This document shows, piece after piece, positions 56,863 through 64,000 of a DNA stretch of 64,000 nt. This stretch comes from a virus. The notes under the pieces were generated by a model. It did not search any database, was not told the DNA's origin, and saw only the letters and a list, made by a program, of their open reading frames with translations. The first letter of the stretch is position 1; the number at the start of each line of letters is the position of its first letter. Made by a program: the position numbers and the translations under genes. The stretch is from positions 67,662-131,661 of IMG/VR virus record IMGVR_UViG_3300025133_000037; one strand, given 5' to 3'.

Positions 56863-57114
56863 CTACTGTTCTTCTGAAACTATTTCTCCCACAATACCAT
56901 CAAACTTATCGTCCATCTTTGAATAGTTCGAAATAGCCTCTTGTACGAAAGAGTTAAATCGCTTATGAGAGAACCTTTTTAGTCCTTCGCGTTTCTTAAA
57001 CCAGCTTATAAAATCATCATCTAAATCAAATATCAATGTTGTTGTTCCATCATCATTATGATTTATATCTGTAATTCTTAATCTTTTAATTTTAGAGTTC
57101 ATTTTTTTATCCAA
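56863..57114 (-). CDS. Hypothetical protein
   Basis: ORF in operon. Confidence 0.6.
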   Translation of the reverse strand: MDKKMNSKIKRLRITDINHNDDGTTTLIFDLDDDFISWFKKREGLKRFSHKRFNSFVQEAISNYSKMDDKFDGIVGEIVSEEQ

Positions 57115-57421
57115 ATAATTTTTTTATCCAACTTGTTTTTTTTACAGGAAGATTTTTTTGAGCCGAACAATCAGATATGCCATCTTTATTTATCTTCCAA
57201 ATTGATCCATTAAAAGTTGGATTTTCGTCTAAAGCCTCTACGCTTCCCTTGTCTGGATATGGTATCATATTTCCCTTTAGGGTTAAATATATGTTTTGAT
57301 CTTTTTCATCGTAGTCAACATAAGCTATGTTTGATGAGATACTATCTCTCAAGCTTCTGTATATTAATACTAAAACCTCTTCCTCAAACATATTGGGAAC
57401 CTTCTTCTGAAAAGATTTCAT
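57107..57421 (-). CDS. Hypothetical protein
   Basis: ORF in operon; likely start MFEEE. Confidence 0.55.
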   Translation of the reverse strand: MKSFQKKVPNMFEEEVLVLIYRSLRDSISSNIAYVDYDEKDQNIYLTLKGNMIPYPDKGSVEALDENPTFNGSIWKINKDGISDCSAQKNLPVKKTSWIKKLFG

Positions 57422-57959
57422 ATAAAGATCTAGATTCTTTACTTAACTCAGCCAGACCCAATAGTAGTTCATACTTATTTATAATTCTAACTCCATCTTT
57501 TACAGAAGAATACTTAACTGCCTCTAGCTCTATCACATTCCTTCCGTCTGACAAAGTATAGTATGATACGTCGCAGTCTTCAAAGTTCCAAATCCAAGCC
57601 TCCTTGTAAACCTGGAAAGACTTTTGATAACCGCTAAGGGTTAGGAATTCAACAATTGCCGAATCCTCATTGTTTGTAACATTAAGATTTATTTCTTTTC
57701 TGACGACGTTCTCCTTCTCTTTTCTCTTTAAGGTAAGCTCGTATCTGCCGCCACCTTTTCTGAATCTAACAAAATCATTGCCATTACCATTTGGCTTTGT
57801 ATAGTAATCATCACAAGACACAACATACACAGTTTCTGGCATGTAGTATTCCGCAGCCATAGACTCTCTCTTGGCCACAAGAGCCTCTACTCTTTTTAAG
57901 AAGTCTTCTTTGGACAAATCTTTGGCCCAATATTTGTACTCTATTTCTTTATATTCCAT
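57384..57959 (-). CDS. CYTH (triphosphate tunnel metalloenzyme) domain protein
   Basis: EIEYKY (ExExK), DDYY, VRFR, LTLK, RKEIN, IELE. Confidence 0.85.
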   Translation of the reverse strand: MEYKEIEYKYWAKDLSKEDFLKRVEALVAKRESMAAEYYMPETVYVVSCDDYYTKPNGNGNDFVRFRKGGGRYELTLKRKEKENVVRKEINLNVTNNEDSAIVEFLTLSGYQKSFQVYKEAWIWNFEDCDVSYYTLSDGRNVIELEAVKYSSVKDGVRIINKYELLLGLAELSKESRSLYEIFSEEGSQYV

Positions 57960-57993
57960 AATAGTCTCCTTGATTATTTCAAAATATCAATGT

Positions 57994-59634
57994 TTATTCC
58001 TGATAATTCGACAACTCTCTTGCCGAAGGATCGTTAGAATTAGACCAATTCGGCATCCAAAAATAGGGGATTAAATTTAAGCAATTAGGAAAATAGCTTA
58101 GGAAAAGCTTTCTGTAATAAAAGCTTTCTTTCAATACTGGTTTGCAATGAATCATCTGTTTGCCTTCTAAAGCAAATTCTTCATCAGTAATCTTTCTATC
58201 AACAAATTCTTTTATTATTTCATGCCAGGACTTTTTAATATCACTAACTCCATCAGAGAAGGCACATTTATGCCTCCACAAAATGTCATGTGGCAAAAGT
58301 TTATCTTTCTCAAACGCTTTTCTAAGTAAATGTTTTTCTATTCTATTCTTTTTATCAAACATTTTTTTATCAGAAGAGATAGACATATAAAAATCAACAA
58401 AATCTTTATCAAGAAACGGAGTTCTTGGCTCTAAACCATTAGAGCTTATGCTTCTATCTGACCTTAGAACGTCAAAGAAATGAATGTCTCTCAAAAGCTT
58501 TAATGATTCTTCATGCAAAGCGTGTGGCGATGGGGCATTTATATTGTAAACATATCCGCAACAAACTTCGTCACTACCATCCCCATTAAAAATGACCTTG
58601 CAGTCTGTATTGTCTTTTATATATTTCGATACTAAATAGTTTCCAACACTGGCACGAACAGTTGTGGTATCATAAGATTCAATCTTATATACAACCTCTT
58701 CGATTGCCAATAAAAATTCCTCTTGTGTTAGTAAGACTTCGTGATGTTCGCTGCCTATATAATCTGCAACAATCTTTGCATATTTTAAATCAGGACTTCC
58801 GCTCATACCGATTGAGAATGTTTTTATCTTACTCGGCTTAATACTCTTATCAAGAGTCCACTTTCCATCTTTTAATCTAAACCCGTTATTCATTTTGCAC
58901 ACCAATGCAGCAATTAGGCTAGAGTCTAATCCTCCAGACAATAGGCATCCGATTTCCCTTTCTGACATAAGCCTTTTCTCTACGGCTGATACAAGTTTAT
59001 TTCTAATATTAGAAAGTATATACGAATCATCATTTGGCCTATCGTCATAATCATATCTGTGATTATAGTAAGATACAAAGCTACTGGGAGAGTCAGATCC
59101 CCACCATGAACCGGGTGGAAATGGATAGACTATTTCGCACAAATCACTTATCACTTTTGCTTCCGAAGCTATTAGGTATTCTCCATTATTAAATCCAAAG
59201 AATGAAGGCCTAACTCCAAAGGGGTCTCTGGCGGAAAACATAATGTCAAGCTTCTTATCATATAAAACAAATGCGAATACTCCGTCTAAAAGCATTACTG
59301 TTTTTTTTATACCAAACTTTTTATATAAATGTAAAATAACTTCGCAATCCGATCCGGTATGTGACGGAAATCCGTATTTTTTATTTAAATCTTTATAGTT
59401 ATAGATTTCTCCATTACATATTAATGTATGATTATCATCATTTGGGAGCTGCATAGGTTGGCCTCCATCGGCATTAGAGCCAATAATCGCCAACCTGTGA
59501 AACATAAGATTAACTTTCTGTCCAATTTTTTTGAACGATGTATTATCAGGCCCTCTATACTGTATGCGTTCAAAATTCTCCTCCAGTTTGGAGGCAGGAA
59601 TTGAAGACCCAATATATCCAAAAAATCCGCACAT
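57994..59634 (-). CDS. asnB: Asparagine synthetase B (glutamine-hydrolysing)
   Basis: MCGF N-terminal nucleophile, RGPD, HRLAII, NGEIYNY, RDPFGVRP, LLSGGLDSS, GDGSDE, LEPRTPFLD. Confidence 0.95.
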   Translation of the reverse strand: MCGFFGYIGSSIPASKLEENFERIQYRGPDNTSFKKIGQKVNLMFHRLAIIGSNADGGQPMQLPNDDNHTLICNGEIYNYKDLNKKYGFPSHTGSDCEVILHLYKKFGIKKTVMLLDGVFAFVLYDKKLDIMFSARDPFGVRPSFFGFNNGEYLIASEAKVISDLCEIVYPFPPGSWWGSDSPSSFVSYYNHRYDYDDRPNDDSYILSNIRNKLVSAVEKRLMSEREIGCLLSGGLDSSLIAALVCKMNNGFRLKDGKWTLDKSIKPSKIKTFSIGMSGSPDLKYAKIVADYIGSEHHEVLLTQEEFLLAIEEVVYKIESYDTTTVRASVGNYLVSKYIKDNTDCKVIFNGDGSDEVCCGYVYNINAPSPHALHEESLKLLRDIHFFDVLRSDRSISSNGLEPRTPFLDKDFVDFYMSISSDKKMFDKKNRIEKHLLRKAFEKDKLLPHDILWRHKCAFSDGVSDIKKSWHEIIKEFVDRKITDEEFALEGKQMIHCKPVLKESFYYRKLFLSYFPNCLNLIPYFWMPNWSNSNDPSARELSNYQE

Positions 59635-59999
59635 TATTTTACACCCTTTTTGCCAGATATATAACTTCCAGTATCAGAGCATACAAAGGGGCAGGCCAAT
59701 ATGTCTTCATTTTCTGAATAATCAAATGTTATTTCCCCATCTACTTCAATGTCCTTTATAGCAACAATGTCTGCCCCCCTTATTGCGCAGGATGGAGAGC
59801 TGCTATGATTTATGAAGGCTCCTATTTTGTCCTCTATATGAAGCCCCTCAGCTATTTGAACAGAAGTTCTGGAAGGGCTGTCAATAATAGTGCCAGTTAG
59901 ACACAAGACAACCTCCCCCTCCACAAAGGGTGTTGATGCGAATACCCCGCTGTGTCCTGGCGTATTTAATGCTGATGAAATATATAAATTGCTCTTCAT
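59634..59999 (-). CDS. SET-domain methyltransferase-like protein
   Basis: GVFA, FINHSSSPSC, EITFDY. Confidence 0.85.
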   Translation of the reverse strand: MKSNLYISSALNTPGHSGVFASTPFVEGEVVLCLTGTIIDSPSRTSVQIAEGLHIEDKIGAFINHSSSPSCAIRGADIVAIKDIEVDGEITFDYSENEDILACPFVCSDTGSYISGKKGVK

Positions 60000-60216
60000 T
60001 ATGCGTCCATTTATTATACGGGTAAAAACATTCTTAATGTTTTGTATCTATTGTTAAATACAATTTCCTTCTTTATACTGGCAGGCAGCATCATTGCATC
60101 CCACGCTTTATGGCTCACTCCTAATTCATCGCCCATTTTTTCGCAGCCTCCATTTGCTTGCTTTCTGCTAAAGAATAAACTTCGTCCTTGTATGACATAA
60201 TATTAGACAAGATGTA

Positions 60217-60414
60217 TTACTCTCCGTTATATACTTTATAATTCATATAAGAATTAACTATTTTTAGTCTATATTCTTGAAATAAACTATAAGGCATTCC
60301 TCCAATGACCACCTCTAATTCTTCATCGCTTAATTCCCCCTCGATAGGTTCAATTGAACGATTTAAATCTAAATCTTCTTCGGGAAAAATTATCTTTTTT
60401 ATATAGCTTAAAAT
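60217..60414 (-). CDS. Small peptide with a double-glycine leader-like motif
   Basis: ..EGELSDEELEVVIGG-MPYSLFQEYRLKIVNSYMNYKVYNGE*; no ATG start, probable ATT/ATA start after GAGG. Confidence 0.55.
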   Translation of the reverse strand: MLSYIKKIIFPEEDLDLNRSIEPIEGELSDEELEVVIGGMPYSLFQEYRLKIVNSYMNYKVYNGE

Positions 60415-61403
60415 GGATGAGCCTCAAACTCTCGAATAACAGGCGGGCCACCTTCTGCAATTAACTCTTTTAATCCAGGAAGTTTATCAGCGCAATCTAC
60501 AAGGTAAAGTGCATATTCTTTTTTAAAGAACTTCATTTTAGAAAATTTATTAAACATCATATGGAATCTTCTCACCATCCCTTTTAGGGCTTCGACGGAA
60601 GAAATAGTTGTGCCATAATGCTCCTCCAAAACAAGTACATGATTTTTATAATCTTCATAGTTTATGTTTTTTGATTCAAAATAAAGATTGAAAATATGAT
60701 TGGTTAACACTGGACAAAAATCAATATTGTATCTATCAGAATACTTAAAGGCCCTGATTGCATTAAACACCTTTATTGCAACAGAACCTTTTTCGTATGC
60801 CCCTGCATTATTAAGCCTTAACTCAAAGGCTTTAAATGAATCCTCAATTCTATCATCATAATAAAGCTTTCCGTCATGCCATGCTACTGAACAATTGATA
60901 AAATCAAATGATTCCAAAAGCTCTTCCACAGAAACAAAGGACTTCTTTATAAACTGAATTTCTCTCGTCAAAGGTTTCGCTACTTTTGTTGTATTACAGA
61001 AAAAAGTGTTTGCCCAACGACTAACTTTGTCTGGCTTATAAAGGCCAAGTTTATTACAACCAGTGCGCCACCTCACTCTCGAGAGCCTGTCGCTGATGTG
61101 ATCTACATCTGTTACGTCAGAGATTAGCCATTTATATTCATGATTATCATTGTGAATTGGATTATCTTTATTAAACCAAATATCAATATCTCCAAACTTA
61201 TCAAGCTTTGCTTGACCCGGGCTTCTCTCTAAAGCCCTCTTTAATTCTTCCCATTTTTCCGGGGTATCATGCAGCTTTATTGCCCTGTAAGCAGCGAGCA
61301 TTGAGCCTCCGGCTATAACTGGGTTCAGTTCAAGGATACCCTTTGAAGGTATGATAAAATTGATAAACCAATCTATGCGATCATCTTTTACAGTCCTAAT
61401 CAT
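60408..61403 (-). CDS. Nucleotidyltransferase-like protein (pol-beta superfamily)
   Basis: IAGGS..GDIDIWF, IQFI, LESFDFINCSVA, RAFKY. Confidence 0.7.
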   Translation of the reverse strand: MIRTVKDDRIDWFINFIIPSKGILELNPVIAGGSMLAAYRAIKLHDTPEKWEELKRALERSPGQAKLDKFGDIDIWFNKDNPIHNDNHEYKWLISDVTDVDHISDRLSRVRWRTGCNKLGLYKPDKVSRWANTFFCNTTKVAKPLTREIQFIKKSFVSVEELLESFDFINCSVAWHDGKLYYDDRIEDSFKAFELRLNNAGAYEKGSVAIKVFNAIRAFKYSDRYNIDFCPVLTNHIFNLYFESKNINYEDYKNHVLVLEEHYGTTISSVEALKGMVRRFHMMFNKFSKMKFFKKEYALYLVDCADKLPGLKELIAEGGPPVIREFEAHPF

Positions 61404-61411
61404 CCCCGCTC

Positions 61412-62206
61412 CTATACTAGCTTTTTAGAAATAATTTCTTGAGCCATCGCTGACATATCAGACTTTTCAAGATAAAACAAAATATCTTCTCGGGGTATCT
61501 TTGACAATAGTGCTTCTACCAAAGAGGGGTCAAGACCATCTTTGGATAAGTGAGGGAAAAGATGCTCTACTTCTGCTGTTTCAGCCAACTTAATCGCCTG
61601 TCTTGAGTTCCATTTCTCCCACCATTTAAGCGGGTACCAACCACTATCATTGGCTTTTAATAAACGCTCATCTTTCGGAAGAAACTCTTTGTAGCAGTTG
61701 TCAACTCCTAATCTTTTTATTGCACAATTTCTTACACTATAATGTTTGTCATTTAAAAAATATGGAATATACTTAATCGGAAGTATTCTTACCGCCCTTG
61801 TCCTTAGTCTGGTGTCCTTTGAATTCTTCAGTCTTTTTGCCATATTTATTCTTGCTGATGAATTTGAGTTATCTATCATATGGATAGCAAATACACCTTC
61901 TGAATATTTTTCTAGCAACTTATAATCGCTTCCGTTATGCGATATGGCTCTTTCTACAAAATCTTTTATGGCACTACCATATCTCTTTGGACTCCCTGGG
62001 GTCCAGCTTTGTAGAGGGTAATGATTCCATCTTCTATCCTTTAGAGCCTTTATCTTCCCCCTATTAGAAAGGCCCTTCCAGGCATCAAGCAATGGATCAA
62101 TAGACGAGAAGCTTACTGCCTGCCAACGATGTTTCTTGCTGTCCATATTTAGCTTTTTAAAAGCAGCAGCAATAGTTGTGTATGGGATATTGTTTTTATT
62201 AGACAT
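61412..62206 (-). CDS. Alpha-helical (HEAT-like) paralog family protein
   Basis: SKDTRLRTRAVRILP, LNDKHYSVRNCAIKRL, LLSKIPREDILFYL. Confidence 0.7.
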   Translation of the reverse strand: MSNKNNIPYTTIAAAFKKLNMDSKKHRWQAVSFSSIDPLLDAWKGLSNRGKIKALKDRRWNHYPLQSWTPGSPKRYGSAIKDFVERAISHNGSDYKLLEKYSEGVFAIHMIDNSNSSARINMAKRLKNSKDTRLRTRAVRILPIKYIPYFLNDKHYSVRNCAIKRLGVDNCYKEFLPKDERLLKANDSGWYPLKWWEKWNSRQAIKLAETAEVEHLFPHLSKDGLDPSLVEALLSKIPREDILFYLEKSDMSAMAQEIISKKLV

Positions 62207-62227
62207 AATAATCCTTTAGTTTAAGGC

Positions 62228-62443
62228 TCAATGAACCGTTGCATCTTCCGTCATAAGACTTGTGGATAAGATAATTTCTTCTGTGTCTTTGTTGTAATAG
62301 AGCATGACCATATCTTTTTTTGATACAGAATCCATTTCTTCTTCTGAGATTACGATTTTGCCATCGCATCTTTTTACCAAGGCTGTAAGCAGCGTAAAAA
62401 GCATTTCACTATCAGACAAGGCTCCTCGCTCTTTCTCCTTCAT
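62228..62443 (-). CDS. Hypothetical protein
   Basis: GAGG RBS, coupled start. Confidence 0.6.
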   Translation of the reverse strand: MKEKERGALSDSEMLFTLLTALVKRCDGKIVISEEEMDSVSKKDMVMLYYNKDTEEIILSTSLMTEDATVH

Positions 62444-62610
62444 TACTGCCTCTTCTTTGCAGAAAGTTCCTTGTTAGAGCACTCTACACATCCCTCTGTA
62501 ATTCCATGCTCTGTTTTTTTGCGACAAGAATAACAGTGTTTATAGTGATATCCTTCATCATTATCAACATACCTGCCGCCCTTATGCCACTTAACCCACC
62601 TATAAGACAT
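62443..62610 (-). CDS. Small zinc-finger protein (55 aa)
   Basis: AGGAG RBS; HCYSCRKKTEH..GCVEC; below the track cutoff. Confidence 0.6.
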   Translation of the reverse strand: MSYRWVKWHKGGRYVDNDEGYHYKHCYSCRKKTEHGITEGCVECSNKELSAKKRQ

Positions 62611-62625
62611 TTTATTTCTCCTAAG

Positions 62626-63192
62626 TTAAATTACTTCGTCAATAACCCCGAGGCTCAACGCCTCTTCTGTTGTCATGTACCAATCTATCTTGTTTTTCAA
62701 GATATCAGAAAGCTTCTTTTTTGATATCTTTGTAAGTCGGATCGTCATTTCTTCAATTTTAGATTGAAGCCTTTTTGTCTCTTCAAGTTTTTCTTCCATA
62801 TCTTTAACCTTTCCGTAGAAGCCGGAAGAAACCTGATGATACAATGGGGTTGCATGTTGATATGCAAACCTCTTATGTCCGTTGATTAAAATCATAAATC
62901 CACATGACATAGCGGCTCCAGTTACAATAGTATGAATTGGGGTAGTGCTTTTCTCCATAACTCCAATTAATCCAAAGCACTGATAAACTGCCCCACCATA
63001 AGAGTCTATATATATCTTTATAGGGGTTGGCGTATAGCCTATCCCATATACACTATATAGCTTGTGTAAATGTTCGTCGTTTTCATTTATATCAATAATA
63101 CCTTTGGTCAAATCATTCATTGATGCTTGATCTACTTGCTTCGGCAAATAAAGATTTCTTTCCTTAGGTATTGGCAAAGTAGCTGCTGCCAT
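62626..63192 (-). CDS. clpP: ClpP-family protease
   Basis: IYIDSYGGAV, GAAMSCG (Ser), YHQ (His), DWYMTTEEALSLGVIDEV. Confidence 0.88.
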   Translation of the reverse strand: MAAATLPIPKERNLYLPKQVDQASMNDLTKGIIDINENDEHLHKLYSVYGIGYTPTPIKIYIDSYGGAVYQCFGLIGVMEKSTTPIHTIVTGAAMSCGFMILINGHKRFAYQHATPLYHQVSSGFYGKVKDMEEKLEETKRLQSKIEEMTIRLTKISKKKLSDILKNKIDWYMTTEEALSLGVIDEVI

Positions 63193-63222
63193 TAAATCCC
63201 CCTTATTAAGATCGCCTTATGA

Positions 63223-63248
63223 GCCTCGCCCCCCGAAGAAGGCGAGGC
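63223..63248. terminator. GC-rich hairpin between 63264..63509 and clpP
   Basis: GCCTCGCC-N10-GGCGAGGC; weak U-tract. Confidence 0.45.
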
Positions 63249-63263
63249 CATTATGTTTAAGGG

Positions 63264-63467
63264 TCAGCCCTTGTCTTGCACGAACTGATAAAGCCTCTCT
63301 GCTTCGGCCAAAACATCATCAGTTGTATAGGGGTTTACGGCATTGCGCGTTCCCTCTGGCTTTAGATGCTCATTTTGAAGCTGCTGACTAGCTCGATTTT
63401 CCAGAATACCAATCGCCATTCCCAATAGGTCTGTGCGAAGTTCATATCCATTTTTTGAATTACTCAT
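63264..63467 (-). CDS. Small phage-type hypothetical protein
   Basis: MSNSKNGYELRTDLLGMA..DVLAEAERLYQFV; GAGG RBS. Confidence 0.65.
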   Translation of the reverse strand: MSNSKNGYELRTDLLGMAIGILENRASQQLQNEHLKPEGTRNAVNPYTTDDVLAEAERLYQFVQDKG

Positions 63468-63521
63468 TTTAATTTCCTCTCTGTGTGTTGCGAAGCTTAA
63501 ATGCTTCATTGCTAATGATAC

Positions 63522-63818
63522 TCATAAAGATGGAAAGTGTTTGGCGGAAAGCCCAACAGTATGCTTCCACTCTTCATCATAACTACTGCATAGTTTTTCA
63601 TATGGTATAAACAAATCATAACCATCATCATCTTCTGGGTGGTTTATTTCTTCTGCAAATGTTTTTCCGAACTTTGTTCTAAGGTAAACAAACTTATTCT
63701 TATCTGCCAGCCACTTTGCTACATATGCGTTTCGACAAACGCCAAGGTATTGAGCACAATCAACAAGTTCGCTTTTTGATATGGCCCCTATTCTTTTTAT
63801 GATTTGTTTGTTTGTCAT
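63522..63818 (-). CDS. Hypothetical phage protein
   Basis: YLGVCRNAYVAKW..YLRTKFG..HPEDDDGYDLFIP. Confidence 0.65.
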   Translation of the reverse strand: MTNKQIIKRIGAISKSELVDCAQYLGVCRNAYVAKWLADKNKFVYLRTKFGKTFAEEINHPEDDDGYDLFIPYEKLCSSYDEEWKHTVGLSAKHFPSL

Positions 63819-63830
63819 ATCGTTTTAAAA

Positions 63831-63850
63831 TGGTGGAGGCGGCGGGAATC
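63831..63850 (-). other. 3'-terminal fragment of tmRNA (att-like remnant)
   Basis: GATTCCCGCCGCCTCCACCA matches the 3' half of the T-arm plus the acceptor strand of ssrA; the 5' side of the T-arm is absent. Confidence 0.6.
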
Positions 63851-63879
63851 TAGTGTTATGATTCGTCGTTTAATTTTTT

Positions 63880-63999
63880 TCATTCTTTCTTTGGAACAGA
63901 TGCTCCAAAAACCATGCTCTGCATTATTTGCAATATCATTCCGACATGGAGATCCCAAAATTTTGAAGGCTCCACTCTAGCTGGAGACACACATTTATT
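63880..63999 (-). CDS. C-terminal end of a gene truncated by the window edge
   Basis: ..NKCVSPARVEPSKFWDLHVGMILQIMQSMVFGASVPKKE*. Confidence 0.45.
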   Translation of the reverse strand, partial: NKCVSPARVEPSKFWDLHVGMILQIMQSMVFGASVPKKE

Positions 64000-64000
64000 A

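Noticed and set aside
57994-59634. Lasso-peptide cyclase
   Set aside because: Has an intact N-terminal Cys glutaminase domain typical of AsnB; no B1/B2 genes or lasso-type precursor.
60014-60198. Programmed frameshift joining two tiny ORFs (MSYKDEVY.. and ..GVSHKAWDAM..) at an A6 run
   Set aside because: No homology support or stimulatory structure; could be a decayed gene or two peptides.
2496-62724. Numerous plus-strand ORFs in the track
   Set aside because: They are antisense shadows of well-supported minus-strand genes; only 48343..49566 and 55969..56214 have their own space and RBS.
1-64000. Stop-codon reassignment (TAG or TGA recoding)
   Set aside because: Conserved genes are full length in code 11, and TAG, TGA and TAA all end genes at expected positions.
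63831-64000. Group I intron in the tmRNA T-loop
   Set aside because: The upstream sequence reads as coding with no recognisable P7 or P9 elements; it cannot be fully excluded at the window edge.

Overview
A 64-kb piece of a very large, AT-rich (jumbo/huge) bacteriophage genome, or a phage-like replicon. It uses the standard genetic code, genes are tightly packed, and almost all are on the minus strand. Reading from low to high coordinates: (1) a >1890-aa ORF that runs off the left edge and is absent from the ORF track; (2) a sigma factor with a Zn-ribbon insertion, a PD-(D/E)XK nuclease, SbcC/SbcD, a stand-alone CHC2 Zn finger and an FtsK-like ATPase; (3) two giant fibre/adhesin genes that share an N-terminal anchor domain; (4) host-like genes for HU, KhpA, Hsp20, ThyX, M16 peptidase, a MoxR-type AAA plus VWA/metallopeptidase pair, IMPDH, a DHH phosphoesterase, PurA, GroEL, type II glutamine synthetase, a 5'-3' exonuclease, TilS, CYTH, AsnB, SET, a nucleotidyltransferase and ClpP; (5) tRNA-Leu(TAA) and a 3' tmRNA fragment. 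The most interesting unexplained signals are these. A family of modular proteins (37.6-43.3 kb, 48.3 kb, 55.6 kb) carries a shared amphipathic helix-hairpin tag (ELxKLAxxLxxxGxxxxAxxLD) that usually ends in KxA; in two genes the tag begins at an internal in-frame start with its own RBS and promoter-like motif. A 25-bp intergenic promoter-like motif occurs five times. A ~220-nt hairpin-dense region is a candidate ncRNA. An unannotated double-glycine-leader peptide lies upstream of the SET and AsnB genes. All product calls come from recognising motifs by eye; no database searches were run.
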